Source: a virus
Virus record (IMG/VR): IMGVR_UViG_3300028802_000398
Direction: 5' to 3' (one strand)
Length of the DNA: 64,000 bases
Shown: piece after piece, positions 1 through 9,859 of the stretch
How positions within the stretch are numbered: position 1 is the stretch's first letter
Layout of the letters: each line of letters starts with the position of its first letter
The notes under the pieces: model-generated
Told to the model about the DNA's origin: nothing
Seen by the model: the letters and a program-made list of their open reading frames with translations, nothing else
The model's database searches: none
Position numbers and translations under genes: made by a program

Positions 1-63
1 AAGTCCTGGTCGGACGAGATCGCGGCAGTTGTCCCGGAAGCTGAGGTCAGGATCCTGACTGAG

Positions 64-2283
64 GTGAGCGAGTTGGAAGCGGTCGCGCGAGATCAATCCA
101 AGGGGATGATCGTCTCTGTTCTGTCGCGGGAGACGGCCAAGCTCGGCCACGGCTGGGTCAGTGTCGGCGACATTTGCCCGCGGTGCGGGGCGCTTACGCC
201 AACGGGTGATCACGCCAAGAAGCGGACACGTTGTGAGGCAAAAACGCTGCTAGGTACGGGCGTGATCTCTCGCACGGTGCTGCAGCTCGTGCACCTCTTG
301 AAGCGTTTCGCTCCGAATAACGACACCATTCAGAGCTTGGTTAAGCAGCGGTGGGGCATCAGGTCCTTGGCCTGGCACAAAGATAATGTCCAGGAATTCA
401 CCGGACTGCCGGACGGCTACTTGAACGCCGTGATCGAAAAGCTCAAGAGTGAAGCGAAGTCTGAAGACGGTGCCGATGAATCTCTCCGGCGCGCTATCGC
501 TTGGTGTCTGGTCGCCGCGAATGACCAAACCAAAACGGCAGAGATGGCGGATTATTTCCTTGGGCGGACCATCTACGCCGAGCAAGAATTCGGTCGCCAG
601 CTGCTCTATCTCTTGACCCCCGGCTGCGCGCAACAGACGGCCTTGATAGCACAGCACCGCAAAGCTGCCGTCTCATCCATCTATAGTCCTTGGACGGGAT
701 TTGAGAAAGAAGTAGAGAACGCAAGGGAGGGGGCGTCGTATATCAAGATAGCAGACCTCGGGATATCTTGGGAGGGCGGGAAGCTTACCCTTGGGGGAGT
801 AGCGGCGGCCAGTCTAGAAGCTTGTTGCCGGGCCACTCGCGCTCTTACGTACCCATCGAATCTTCACTGGGGGGCCGAGTGCGGCGAGTTTCTGTTTCAG
901 GCTGTGCCGCAGCCACGGCGCGTTGCGCTCGCAAAGCATATTCAGACTCGCTATCCAGCGACGTTCGATTTCCTTGTCTTGGACGAGTGCCATGAATACG
1001 GGTCGGAGTCGTCGGCTCAAGAGATATCAGCACACCGGCTCACCGGGCTCGGGATGCCTACGATTCAAATGTCCGGTTCGATCATGAACGGCTATGCTGA
1101 GCACTTGTTCATGACCATGTGGTCGGTCTCCGCTGCCTTTCGTCAAGAGTTTTCGCGGGCCGACAAGCAACGATTCATTGACCGTTACGGCTATCGCAAG
1201 CGCCTCGTGACTGAGCGCTCGGATAAGGATGATGAAGTGATCTCGTTCGGGGCTGTCTCGGATCGCGTTCTGACCACAGAACGTGTGATCGGTAACGCTC
1301 CGGGAGTCCTGCCGCTGTTCTTGCTGCGGCATTTGCTGCCGATTTCCGTGACCTTGCATAAGGCGGACCTGTCTCTGGACCTGCCACCGTGCATTCAAGA
1401 GCGGCACCTTATCGAGCCAGGGCCGGTCCTCAAGGCACGCTACGATCGGCTCAAGAGCGATTTGATCGAGCGTATCAAAAAGGATAAGTTCGCGCCCGGT
1501 CTGGCTGGCAAGTTGTTCGGTCAACTCGCGGAGTTTCCCAGTTTCTTGGATAGGGCCACGGTTGACCTTGGCAATTCTGATTCGGGGGCCTACGAGATTC
1601 GATACCCAGAAACAGCGGGCGGCGAGCTTGTGGCGTCTCAGTCAGGGCTGCCGGCGAGCACGATCCTTCCAAAAGAGCAGTGGATGCTCGACCGCATCAA
1701 GCGCGAGTTAGCGGAAGGGCGGAATGTCATGGTGTTTTCGTGGCACGTCAGTCTGCTGCCACGGATCGCGGGGATGATATCAACTGCCATCGGCCAGAAG
1801 GTTCCGATCCTCTACGCCGACAAGGTCGGGACGGCCAAGCGCCAAGAATGGATCACAAAGAACGTGGTTCAGAAAAAAGCGCGGGTGATGGTCACGAATC
1901 CGGTTGCCATCCAAACGGGCCTTAACAACTTGGTGCATTTCGCCACGGAGATCTGGCTTGAAAACCCGACCTGCAACCCCGTGATATACCGTCAAGCGAC
2001 GGGCCGGGTAGACCGTATCGGGCAAACCAAAGAAACCCGGATCTTGTTCCCGATCTACGCCGATACCCTGCAGGTTCAGCTACACGAGCTGCTGCTGCAC
2101 AAGGTGGCGGTGAGCACCGCCACGGACGGGCTCGATCCTGAATCCTCGTTGCTCGCGTCTGGCGTCGGGCCGGATGACTACCTGACTGGGCTTAGCATCG
2201 GCAAACAGCTGTGGGCGATGCTGTCGAGCGACAGGCCGGTAACGCCTAGGAAGAAAGCGCGCGAGACGCAGATCGTTGCATGA
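64..2283 (+). CDS. Superfamily 2 (SNF2-like) helicase/ATPase
   Basis: Walker B LVLDECHE, motif III-like SGS, C-terminal RecA-like domain with QTGLNNL and QATGRVDRIGQ (motif VI). Confidence 0.8.
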   Translation: MSELEAVARDQSKGMIVSVLSRETAKLGHGWVSVGDICPRCGALTPTGDHAKKRTRCEAKTLLGTGVISRTVLQLVHLLKRFAPNNDTIQSLVKQRWGIRSLAWHKDNVQEFTGLPDGYLNAVIEKLKSEAKSEDGADESLRRAIAWCLVAANDQTKTAEMADYFLGRTIYAEQEFGRQLLYLLTPGCAQQTALIAQHRKAAVSSIYSPWTGFEKEVENAREGASYIKIADLGISWEGGKLTLGGVAAASLEACCRATRALTYPSNLHWGAECGEFLFQAVPQPRRVALAKHIQTRYPATFDFLVLDECHEYGSESSAQEISAHRLTGLGMPTIQMSGSIMNGYAEHLFMTMWSVSAAFRQEFSRADKQRFIDRYGYRKRLVTERSDKDDEVISFGAVSDRVLTTERVIGNAPGVLPLFLLRHLLPISVTLHKADLSLDLPPCIQERHLIEPGPVLKARYDRLKSDLIERIKKDKFAPGLAGKLFGQLAEFPSFLDRATVDLGNSDSGAYEIRYPETAGGELVASQSGLPASTILPKEQWMLDRIKRELAEGRNVMVFSWHVSLLPRIAGMISTAIGQKVPILYADKVGTAKRQEWITKNVVQKKARVMVTNPVAIQTGLNNLVHFATEIWLENPTCNPVIYRQATGRVDRIGQTKETRILFPIYADTLQVQLHELLLHKVAVSTATDGLDPESSLLASGVGPDDYLTGLSIGKQLWAMLSSDRPVTPRKKARETQIVA

Positions 2284-3769
2284 CCTTTCTGGCTAGGCGC
2301 ATGACTCGCTTGCCGTAAAGCCCGGCGAGAGACAGCGTCCGTTGCATGCGGAAGAGAGACTCGGGCGAGAGTCTCTCTGGCGCGGCCATGAATGCGACGA
2401 ACGTCTCGGCGAAATCCTCCCGATTATTAGTCTTGGCATAGTCGGTCACCAAGGTGCTCTTGAGTCGCGCGAGCGCGTCTTCTGCGTCTTGCAGTATCTG
2501 ATTCATCTCCGGGTCGGCGTCCGCCAGTACTTGCACCTGTTCTTCAGAAATGTCGACCGCGCCCTTTGAATGGGCATCGAGGCTCAATTGCGTCTTGTAC
2601 ATCTCTAGAAGGAGCTGCTTCTTTTCTTCAAGCTCTTCCGGGGTCAGCGTCAATCCGAGATAATCGCGGCGTGTGTAGTCATCGGGATCTTGGTAGAAGC
2701 CCTTGAAGAAATCGAAGACGTTCTGCCCTTTCTCGGTCACTTGAAATCGCCGTGGCTTGATCAGGGGGTCCTTCCAATGCGGTCTCCTTAGCCATGCGCC
2801 AAACTTGAGCTTATCGAGGCCCTTGAGCTTGGCGGCCGCCTTGCTGACATCGAAGTTCGTGCGCTCTAGCACCGCGAAGAAGCGCTCGCGCTCTTGACGG
2901 GACAGCTGCTTGAACTTGACCTTGACGTGCTCTTTTGTGTCTTCGTACGAAGTCCACGGCTCATCCCATGCCCGCACTGCCGCGGGGGGCAAGGCATGCA
3001 TGTGAACGTGGTGTCCGAACTCGTGCAAAAATGCCTCGTGTATAAACCGCTTCAGCTGCTCCCCCTGACTACGCAGGCTTGCGGCGGACAACTCAATAGT
3101 CCCCCCAAAATAGGTCCCTCCGGCCTTCTCGGCCAACTTGGGCTCTAGGTATACCGCATGCAACCCATCACGAAGAAGCGAGAGATTGACCCCGCGCTTC
3201 TTGAATAGAGCCACGAGATAGTCGATAGCGTCTAGCATCGGCAGGCAGATGCTGTCGGTCATCCGCTGTTGGTTGTAGATAGCGAAACCCTTGTAAGTGA
3301 ATTGATCTGGGCCGATCCCGCGTACGATTTCGGCGATAGCATCGTGTTCTTTGCTGAGGAACTCTTGGTAATCCGCGAGCGGTTGATGCCCATCAAGCAC
3401 AGATTGCGGGGTGCGAATGGAGTAGCCGTTCAGCGGGCCTTCATAACATTGGTGCATCCACTGGCCGAACGGGTTTTCATCGACGCGTGGCCATGCTTCC
3501 CTATTGTCGAGCGAAAACAAAGCCAGTTGTTCGCGACCCTGCTCGTCCAAGGGCTCCTTCAGGCGCATGACGGGCTGATATAGTTTCTCGTAGCGGCTTA
3601 GTGCCGCGGTCGCCTTGGACCACAGATCTTGATCAGAACTCCATGCGCGAAGGTAGCGGGCTAGAACTCGGCGCGCCGAAGTGCGTAGCCTTCCCTTGGC
3701 TTGTGGGGTCATAAGAGACGTGCCACACAAATAGACCCACACTTGGTCCAGGTAGCCAATCCATGACAT
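2246..3769 (-). CDS. Zincin metallopeptidase (lethal-factor/MPTase-like), putative virion protein; true start may be ATG at 3712
   Basis: LHEFGHHVH (HExxH) plus DYAKTNNREDFAETF; N-terminal RRVLARYLRA motif. Confidence 0.7.
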   Translation of the reverse strand: MSWIGYLDQVWVYLCGTSLMTPQAKGRLRTSARRVLARYLRAWSSDQDLWSKATAALSRYEKLYQPVMRLKEPLDEQGREQLALFSLDNREAWPRVDENPFGQWMHQCYEGPLNGYSIRTPQSVLDGHQPLADYQEFLSKEHDAIAEIVRGIGPDQFTYKGFAIYNQQRMTDSICLPMLDAIDYLVALFKKRGVNLSLLRDGLHAVYLEPKLAEKAGGTYFGGTIELSAASLRSQGEQLKRFIHEAFLHEFGHHVHMHALPPAAVRAWDEPWTSYEDTKEHVKVKFKQLSRQERERFFAVLERTNFDVSKAAAKLKGLDKLKFGAWLRRPHWKDPLIKPRRFQVTEKGQNVFDFFKGFYQDPDDYTRRDYLGLTLTPEELEEKKQLLLEMYKTQLSLDAHSKGAVDISEEQVQVLADADPEMNQILQDAEDALARLKSTLVTDYAKTNNREDFAETFVAFMAAPERLSPESLFRMQRTLSLAGLYGKRVMRLARKVMQRSASRALSS

Positions 3770-3900
3770 GTGCTACACATTTCGAGATTGGGCTTGAGCT
3801 AGCGATCAACGAGCCTGCCCCCGCGGCCGCTGGTCGTGACGTTCCCCGCAAGAAGTAGCGCTTCCTGGCTTGGTGGATCCTTCGTTGGGATACCTCAAGC

Positions 3901-4326
3901 GTGAAGCAGGCTTACAAGAAGCGGACCAAGGGCGTCCCGGTCAAGAACAAAGACACGGGACGCACGGTCTATGTGCTGCCGGAGACGTTGAAGGAGCATC
4001 CGAGCGACTTCAGCAAGGTCCCGAAGGAGAGGGCGGGCGACCCACGCTGGAGAGGCAAACCAAAGCCTCCCAGACGCCCTAGGAAGCCCGAGAAGCCGGA
4101 GGTGCCACGGGAGTCACCCCCTGCCCCTATCCACCCCCAGGACGAAAAGAAGCCCTTCACGCGCATGGACCCCGTGGTCGACGTACCCGAGGTAAAGCCG
4201 ATGAAGGTTCCAAAACCGAGCCCCCCGCGGCGGTGGAAAAAACTTAAGAAGTTTCAGCCCGTAGTCACTGCCTCAGCTAAGGCAGTACTTAAGAGATACC
4301 TAGCAGCTCTTGACGGGAAAACGTGA
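3901..4326 (+). CDS. Basic Lys/Pro-rich hypothetical protein
   Basis: 141-aa ORF; C-terminal VTASAKAVLKRYLAA resembles the shared terminal motif. Confidence 0.6.
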   Translation: MKQAYKKRTKGVPVKNKDTGRTVYVLPETLKEHPSDFSKVPKERAGDPRWRGKPKPPRRPRKPEKPEVPRESPPAPIHPQDEKKPFTRMDPVVDVPEVKPMKVPKPSPPRRWKKLKKFQPVVTASAKAVLKRYLAALDGKT

Positions 4327-4596
4327 TGGTGGCGGATTCTTGATAGGGCGCCAAGCGGGTGCTACTCCCGTGGCTGACACGTGAACGAGTTGGCGTGGTG
4401 CCCCTCGTGTCGTGTCGACCACCAAGGAAAGAACCTTGAACTCGCCGACCACACGAAGCTCTTCTGTTCGCCCGGCGTTTCTTCGCTGAAGGCTAAACCT
4501 TAGCTCAAGCTTGTCCCCAAGCCTAAGCAAGGGCAAATCCATGCGTACCCTAGGCTCTCCAGAGACATCTGAGAGCGTCAAAAAAGCTGGGGTCAT
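4300..4596 (-). CDS. Hypothetical protein
   Basis: ORF; start chosen at the ATG 11 nt downstream of a minus-strand GGTGTA motif (4608-4613). Confidence 0.55.
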   Translation of the reverse strand: MTPAFLTLSDVSGEPRVRMDLPLLRLGDKLELRFSLQRRNAGRTEELRVVGEFKVLSLVVDTTRGAPRQLVHVSATGVAPAWRPIKNPPPSRFPVKSC

Positions 4597-5347
4597 GGTC
4601 GAATTAGTACACCGTGAAGCAGAACAGCGGTGTACGGACAACATAACCCGTGGAAACACGGGACTAGGTCCTAAGCCCCTTGGTCACTTCGGTGACCCCA
4701 TCAACCTGAGAGCTTACTCAGGATTTGAGAGGAAAGGCCTCGATTGCTCCAACCGACGCCTGATGGTCGGACGCTTCAAGCACTGCCTGAGTAGATAAGC
4801 CCTACGAGGTGTTTGACGGTAAGGGTACCCAGGGGATCGTTCATCCCTAGAGACAGGGTATCCCAGCTAAGTAAGCTGAGAGAGTCTGGACGTATCCCTA
4901 GGGATAAGAACTCTCCCTCTAGACAGAAGAGATCCTTGGTTCCTCTTTCACTCTAGGGTTAGCTGAAGTTGGAGATAACTCAAAACCCTAATCTTCATCA
5001 TCTCGAAACTACCTCTTCCTCAAATCTTCTTTCGACACATGATTCAAGACGACCACCTTCTTCATGTTCATCTCAACTTGCTCATCAAGCTCAATCACTC
5101 CCAAGAACTCGACGACCACTCCCGATAAGAAAATCGCCTTCAGCTACTCATTCAGAACAACCGATACCGACGAATCATCCCCATCATCCGACAATGAGAG
5201 AAACGGCTTCAATGAGTTCACCTGGTCACTCCCAATAAACATCAGACGCTCATCATCATCCTTTTGGTCACACGATTAGCCGTCTTGATTCAGGTCTTCG
5301 TTGACACTCATCATTCGACTTCGTAGAGATGCCTTCTAGAGACCGAT

Positions 5348-6352
5348 TTGTCCGAGTTTGAGTTAGCCGAACTTAGTCAATCGCAGTTCTTAGAGAAAGC
5401 TATGATGTCGCCCGACCGCTTCACAGTCCCAGAGAACTACGCTGAGCTTCAAAAGCAATATGGGCCACACATCAAAAGACTTCTCATGCGTTCAAACCAA
5501 GTCGAGAGTAACTTTGAGGATCTCCACAGCTATGTCTGGGTGAAGATCTTGGAAGCTCGGCTCTTGGAGCGATTCGAGGCTCACATGCAAAAACAAACGC
5601 CAAAAGTGCTCACCACAATTGGGGCTTGCGACTTCCTCGGAGTGAGTTGGTTCGATTGGGTTAAGGCGGCACAGGCGTACCACACCGGCAAAAGCCGGGT
5701 TTGGATGCCGACGCCGGTGAACGAAGCTGAGTTCAGGCTTCAAGGGATCAGCTGGTTCACCGCCAAGAACGCTACTTTTGCTTATGTGGATATAGTCAGG
5801 CTCACTTGGGGTGAACGTATCCAGGGAACAGTTCGTTGGCCGTTCAAACGTTGGGGGCTCGATGTGAGGGATGGCTTCGTGTATGGGATGAGCCGCCCCG
5901 AGGGGCACCTAAAGATCCCTGAGCCGCGTGCGACCCCGAGCCAGTTCAAGAATTATTTGACCACGGCCGTCCTCAACCACTACGCCAACTTCTGTAGAAC
6001 GCTCAAGCGACGCCACAAGGAACGTCCTCAGGCACTTCGTGGGTATGAGGGGGACTCCATTTCTTGGGAAGACACCTTGGAGGAGGTCAGGCAGTCGCCC
6101 CCGGAAGTTAAGATAGCCTTGGGGGAGGCCCGCGCTCTGCTGTCTGAGACTCTTCAATCGTGCCTATTGGAATTCGGGGTTGCGGCGGTCGATGATGCAG
6201 AGGAGAGGATCTTCGTCCAGCTTCAACAGGGCGCAACGCTTCCTCAGGCGCTCAGAGGGATTGGCCTCCCGGTCCGAGTGCGTAAGTCTGTGATCAGCTC
6301 TATCCAGTTGGGCGTGGGTGGTCCCAACCCTAACGAGCCTTTCGGGGAGTGA
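5348..6352 (+). CDS. Divergent sigma-70/ECF-like factor
   Basis: FEDLHSYVWVKIL and FKNYLTTAVLNHYANFCRTLKRR resemble sigma region 2, split by an insertion; helical C-terminus. Confidence 0.5.
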   Translation: MSEFELAELSQSQFLEKAMMSPDRFTVPENYAELQKQYGPHIKRLLMRSNQVESNFEDLHSYVWVKILEARLLERFEAHMQKQTPKVLTTIGACDFLGVSWFDWVKAAQAYHTGKSRVWMPTPVNEAEFRLQGISWFTAKNATFAYVDIVRLTWGERIQGTVRWPFKRWGLDVRDGFVYGMSRPEGHLKIPEPRATPSQFKNYLTTAVLNHYANFCRTLKRRHKERPQALRGYEGDSISWEDTLEEVRQSPPEVKIALGEARALLSETLQSCLLEFGVAAVDDAEERIFVQLQQGATLPQALRGIGLPVRVRKSVISSIQLGVGGPNPNEPFGE

Positions 6353-6390
6353 GCTTGATCTTGCACTAGTGCTTTTGTGGTCCTGCTGGA

Positions 6391-7227
6391 GTGATGGAAC
6401 GCGTCGCACAGCTGATTAGGACCGCCGCAGAGATCCGCCGCATGATTTGGGCCTCCCTCCCTTTTTGGGAACGGTTTGCGCAGGTTATGTGTGTGCTAGC
6501 CAGTAGCAGCACCGATGCTTTCGGGACTGCGCTGTACGGCATTTTCCTGGAGAACGGTGTTGGGGATATGCCGCCGATCAACGGGAAGCCGGCGAGTGAG
6601 TGGTTGGCGAAGCACTCAGCGAAGCGCTTGCCGCCTGGGTATGGCCGGGACTTCGGGCAAAAGGCGTTTCTGTCGCTCATGCGCAAGTACCACAAACCCG
6701 AGATCGTCGAGGATCTTCTCAGCACGTTCATCGTCCGGTTCATGGAAAAGGCCGGTCAGTATCTGAAGCCGGGAACGTCGCTTCGGCAGGCAGAGGCATA
6801 CGTGATGCGGAGTCTCTACAACGAGGGGATCAACGTTCTGCGGCGTAAGCGTTTCGAGCTAGGCGAGTCGGCCCTCACGCGTGTGGATGAAGAAGAAGGA
6901 CCGGGCTTCCTGGATCGGTCGCCGGGTCAGAAGAATGACCTGGAGGATCAGGAGACCGTTCTAGACGCGTCTGATATGAAGGCAAAGCTTCGCCGCATCC
7001 ACCCGTCGGCCGAGCAGTATCTTCGGCTTTTGATGGAGCGCTACAGTGACGTTGAGATCCTCGGTAACCCTGCCCGAGGGAAGCCGTCCATGCTTGACCA
7101 TCCGTTCAATGCGGATGGGGGGCCGCTCACGGCGACGGCTTGGATTAAATATAAGAAGCTCATATTCCAGGCGGTCAAGAACGAATATCCGGCTCTGGTC
7201 GAACAGCTGGAGGACGCGGCGGAATAG
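6391..7227 (+). CDS. Divergent sigma-70/ECF-like factor with N-terminal extension
   Basis: VEDLLSTFIVRF ... AYVMRSLYNEGINVLRRKR resembles sigma region 2; N-terminus MMERVAQLIRTAA. Confidence 0.5.
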   Translation: MMERVAQLIRTAAEIRRMIWASLPFWERFAQVMCVLASSSTDAFGTALYGIFLENGVGDMPPINGKPASEWLAKHSAKRLPPGYGRDFGQKAFLSLMRKYHKPEIVEDLLSTFIVRFMEKAGQYLKPGTSLRQAEAYVMRSLYNEGINVLRRKRFELGESALTRVDEEEGPGFLDRSPGQKNDLEDQETVLDASDMKAKLRRIHPSAEQYLRLLMERYSDVEILGNPARGKPSMLDHPFNADGGPLTATAWIKYKKLIFQAVKNEYPALVEQLEDAAE

Positions 7228-7229
7228 CC

Positions 7230-7580
7230 ATGGCCAATCCTAACCGGCTATCTCAGAGCTACGACTTTCGAGCGCGGCAGGGGCACGGTCAGGAGAGCTT
7301 GGCTGTTTACAAAACCACGGCTGGCGCCCTTGCGCGCATCATGTTCAAAACCGATGGGGCTGGGCTCTCACGCGGCACGTATCCGGGGACCTCGATCCGA
7401 ATGCGTCAGATTGACGACAAGGCTCCGGTCACGCTGATCGTGCGTCGGTACGGCGGCCGTGTGGAGGACCAAGACGGCGGATGGATCGCCGATCGGTTTG
7501 GGCCAGCCGTCGGTGTCCGGGAGGCGCGGCGTTGTGCCGAGCAGCTCGAACGTGAAGGGGTCGAGCCCGAGCTGCGGTGA
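7230..7580 (+). CDS. Hypothetical protein (YDFR motif)
   Basis: 116-aa ORF starting 2 nt after the previous stop; SYDFRARQG near N-terminus. Confidence 0.6.
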   Translation: MANPNRLSQSYDFRARQGHGQESLAVYKTTAGALARIMFKTDGAGLSRGTYPGTSIRMRQIDDKAPVTLIVRRYGGRVEDQDGGWIADRFGPAVGVREARRCAEQLEREGVEPELR

Positions 7581-7601
7581 ACGTCTGGTGTAGCGCAGTG
7601 G

Positions 7602-9233
7602 GTGAATCAGATCCTACTTGGCGATTGCCTGGACGTTCTTAAGACGTTGCCGGGTGAATCGGTGCACTCGGTCGTAACCGACCCTCCATATGGCCTAGGC
7701 ACTAGAGAGCCTAGTGCGGATGAGATCGTCGCGTACCTGCAGGGCGGGGAGCTGGATACCTATGGGGATTTTATGGGCAGGGATTGGTCCATCCCGCCGG
7801 TTGCGGTTTGGCGCGAGTGCTTCCGAGTCTTGAAGCCTGGCGGACACCTGCTTTCGTTCGGCGGGACCCGCACCTTTGACCTGATCTCGATCGGGATCCG
7901 CGCTGCGGGTTTCGAGTGCCGCGACACTGTTGCGAGCCAGTTTGGGGTCCAGTGTCTGCAGTGGGTTCAAGGCCAAGGATTTCCAAAGGCATTGGCGGTG
8001 CAACGAGCGCTTGAGAAGGCTGGGCTTAGCCATGAGGAAGCCGAGCAATGGTCGGGCTGGGCCACGGCGATTAAGCCTAGCTGGGAGCCAATTTTGGTAT
8101 TCAGAAAACCCCTCGCTGAGTCTACGGTCGCGAAGCAAGTGCTCGCGACAGGCACGGGTGCGATGAACATCGATGCTTGCCGCGTTCGCTTCAGGAGCAC
8201 TGAGGATAAGGCCAGCGCGTTTCCAGGCGGCGTTCTGACTTCTCGGGATGTTACGGGTGGGGGGCTCGGGGCCGGCATCAAAGATTGCGAGCGCAAGGTC
8301 TTTGAAGCTGATCGCCCAGCGGGGCGGTGGCCCGCGAATTTGTTGTTATCGCACAGCTCGGAATGCAAAATCACCGGCTCCAAGAAAGTCCCCGCGCCAG
8401 TCATCAATCGCTTTGACGACGGGATGAAGCCCTTCGGCGACGGCGCCGGGCACAAGTATACGTCTGAGCAAACTGGCGACGCGGACGGCATGGAGGAAGT
8501 GCCGGTCTACGAATGCGAGGTCGGGTGCCCGGTCAAGACGCTGGATGAGCAGAGTGGGGTGTCGACATCGCTGGGTGGGAAGAGCTGGGGTAAGTTCGCT
8601 GGAGCTGTCCCATATGAAGACCAATTCAGCGGTTTGAATCCCGGTGCAACTGCTGGTGGCTTCGGCGATACCGGCGGAGCCTCTCGTTTCTTCAGTCAGT
8701 TCGAGCCTGACGCTGCTGACGTACCTGTCTATGAGTGCGCCGATGGTTGCCCGGTCAAGGAGTTGGACGAGCAGAGCGGAATGCTCGTTAGCAAGTGGGG
8801 GCGTACAACTGCCCGTCACTCTGAAAACAACTCGATGTTTGGTATGGGTGTTGGTCTTCCCGACTCGATAAACAAGTACGTCGGAGAAGTCGGCGGAGCC
8901 TCTCGTTACTTCAGCCAGTTTGAGCCCAATGCCCCATTCTTCTATTCTGGCAAGGTCAGCAAGGCGGAGCGTGACCGTGGCCTCCCGAAGGGCACCAACA
9001 AGCACCCGACGGTGAAGCCGCTCGCCGTGATGCGCTGGCTGGTTAAGCTAGTCACTCCCAAGGGGGGCACGATCCTGGATCCGTACTGCGGGAGCGGGAC
9101 CACGTGTTTGGCTGCGCTCGAAGAGGGCTGCCAGTTCATCGGGATCGAGCGTGACCCGGAGTCTCACCAGGTCGCGGTGCTTCGCACGACTCGCGAGCCC
9201 GACCTGTTCGACGAGATCGGGGCGCTCGAATGA
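7602..9233 (+). CDS. DNA amino-methyltransferase (N6_N4_Mtase, beta class) with internal repeats
   Basis: VTDPPY catalytic motif, HPTVKP, LDPYCGSGTT SAM-binding motif. Confidence 0.9.
   Translation: MNQILLGDCLDVLKTLPGESVHSVVTDPPYGLGTREPSADEIVAYLQGGELDTYGDFMGRDWSIPPVAVWRECFRVLKPGGHLLSFGGTRTFDLISIGIRAAGFECRDTVASQFGVQCLQWVQGQGFPKALAVQRALEKAGLSHEEAEQWSGWATAIKPSWEPILVFRKPLAESTVAKQVLATGTGAMNIDACRVRFRSTEDKASAFPGGVLTSRDVTGGGLGAGIKDCERKVFEADRPAGRWPANLLLSHSSECKITGSKKVPAPVINRFDDGMKPFGDGAGHKYTSEQTGDADGMEEVPVYECEVGCPVKTLDEQSGVSTSLGGKSWGKFAGAVPYEDQFSGLNPGATAGGFGDTGGASRFFSQFEPDAADVPVYECADGCPVKELDEQSGMLVSKWGRTTARHSENNSMFGMGVGLPDSINKYVGEVGGASRYFSQFEPNAPFFYSGKVSKAERDRGLPKGTNKHPTVKPLAVMRWLVKLVTPKGGTILDPYCGSGTTCLAALEEGCQFIGIERDPESHQVAVLRTTREPDLFDEIGALE
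8499..8933 (+). repeat. Two tandem ~220-bp units inside the DNA methyltransferase
   Basis: VPVYECxxGCPVKxLDEQSG ... GGASRxFSQFEP occurs twice with different cores. Confidence 0.8.
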
Positions 9234-9859
9234 GTGGCCCGTACGAGATCGTTTACGCCGACTTCCCATGGGCATACACGCCCTTTGGTACGGCCAAACT
9301 CACGTACGAGCAAATGACCGAGCCCGAGATCTCGTGTTTCGATTGGTCACGATTCATGGCCAAGCGCTGCGCGGTCTTTTCTTGGGTCACGGGGCCAAAG
9401 CTCGACCTTGCGTTGCGCTGTGGGGAGCAATGGCGCGAGCGGCACGGCCTACACTATCAAGGCATCGCGTATATTTGGGTCAAAACTACGAAGGACGGCG
9501 TGCCAATCCGAGCAAGCGGACCCAGGCCTAGATTCGTGAAGCCGCTCGATGAGCTGCTGCTGGTGTTCTCGACGCACCCGAACGAGCGCGTGTTCCCGTT
9601 GCTTTCGGAGAGTCAGGTTCAGCACGTGTTCGAGCCAGACCTTGAAGGCTACGAGATGCTGCTGCCCGAGTGGCCGGTTGACTACGTGCTGGCGCCCAAG
9701 CAGCAAGTACATTCGCGCAAGCCTGCCGTCTTCCGTGACCTGATCGTCGAGCTGCTCGGCGACAGGCCCCGCATCGAGTTGTTTGCGAGGGAGCGTTGGC
9801 CTAACTGGGATGCGTGGGGGTTGGAGGCGCCGGCTACTGATTCTCGACTCGTCGAATGA
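9230..9859 (+). CDS. MT-A70 family adenine methyltransferase
   Basis: IVYADFPW, HSRKP, RIELFARE motifs; ATGA overlap with upstream MTase. Confidence 0.85.
   Translation: MSGPYEIVYADFPWAYTPFGTAKLTYEQMTEPEISCFDWSRFMAKRCAVFSWVTGPKLDLALRCGEQWRERHGLHYQGIAYIWVKTTKDGVPIRASGPRPRFVKPLDELLLVFSTHPNERVFPLLSESQVQHVFEPDLEGYEMLLPEWPVDYVLAPKQQVHSRKPAVFRDLIVELLGDRPRIELFARERWPNWDAWGLEAPATDSRLVE

Noticed and set aside
4969-5279. Ser/Thr/Pro-rich ORFs
   Set aside because: Low-complexity products explained by the strand skew; no RBS.
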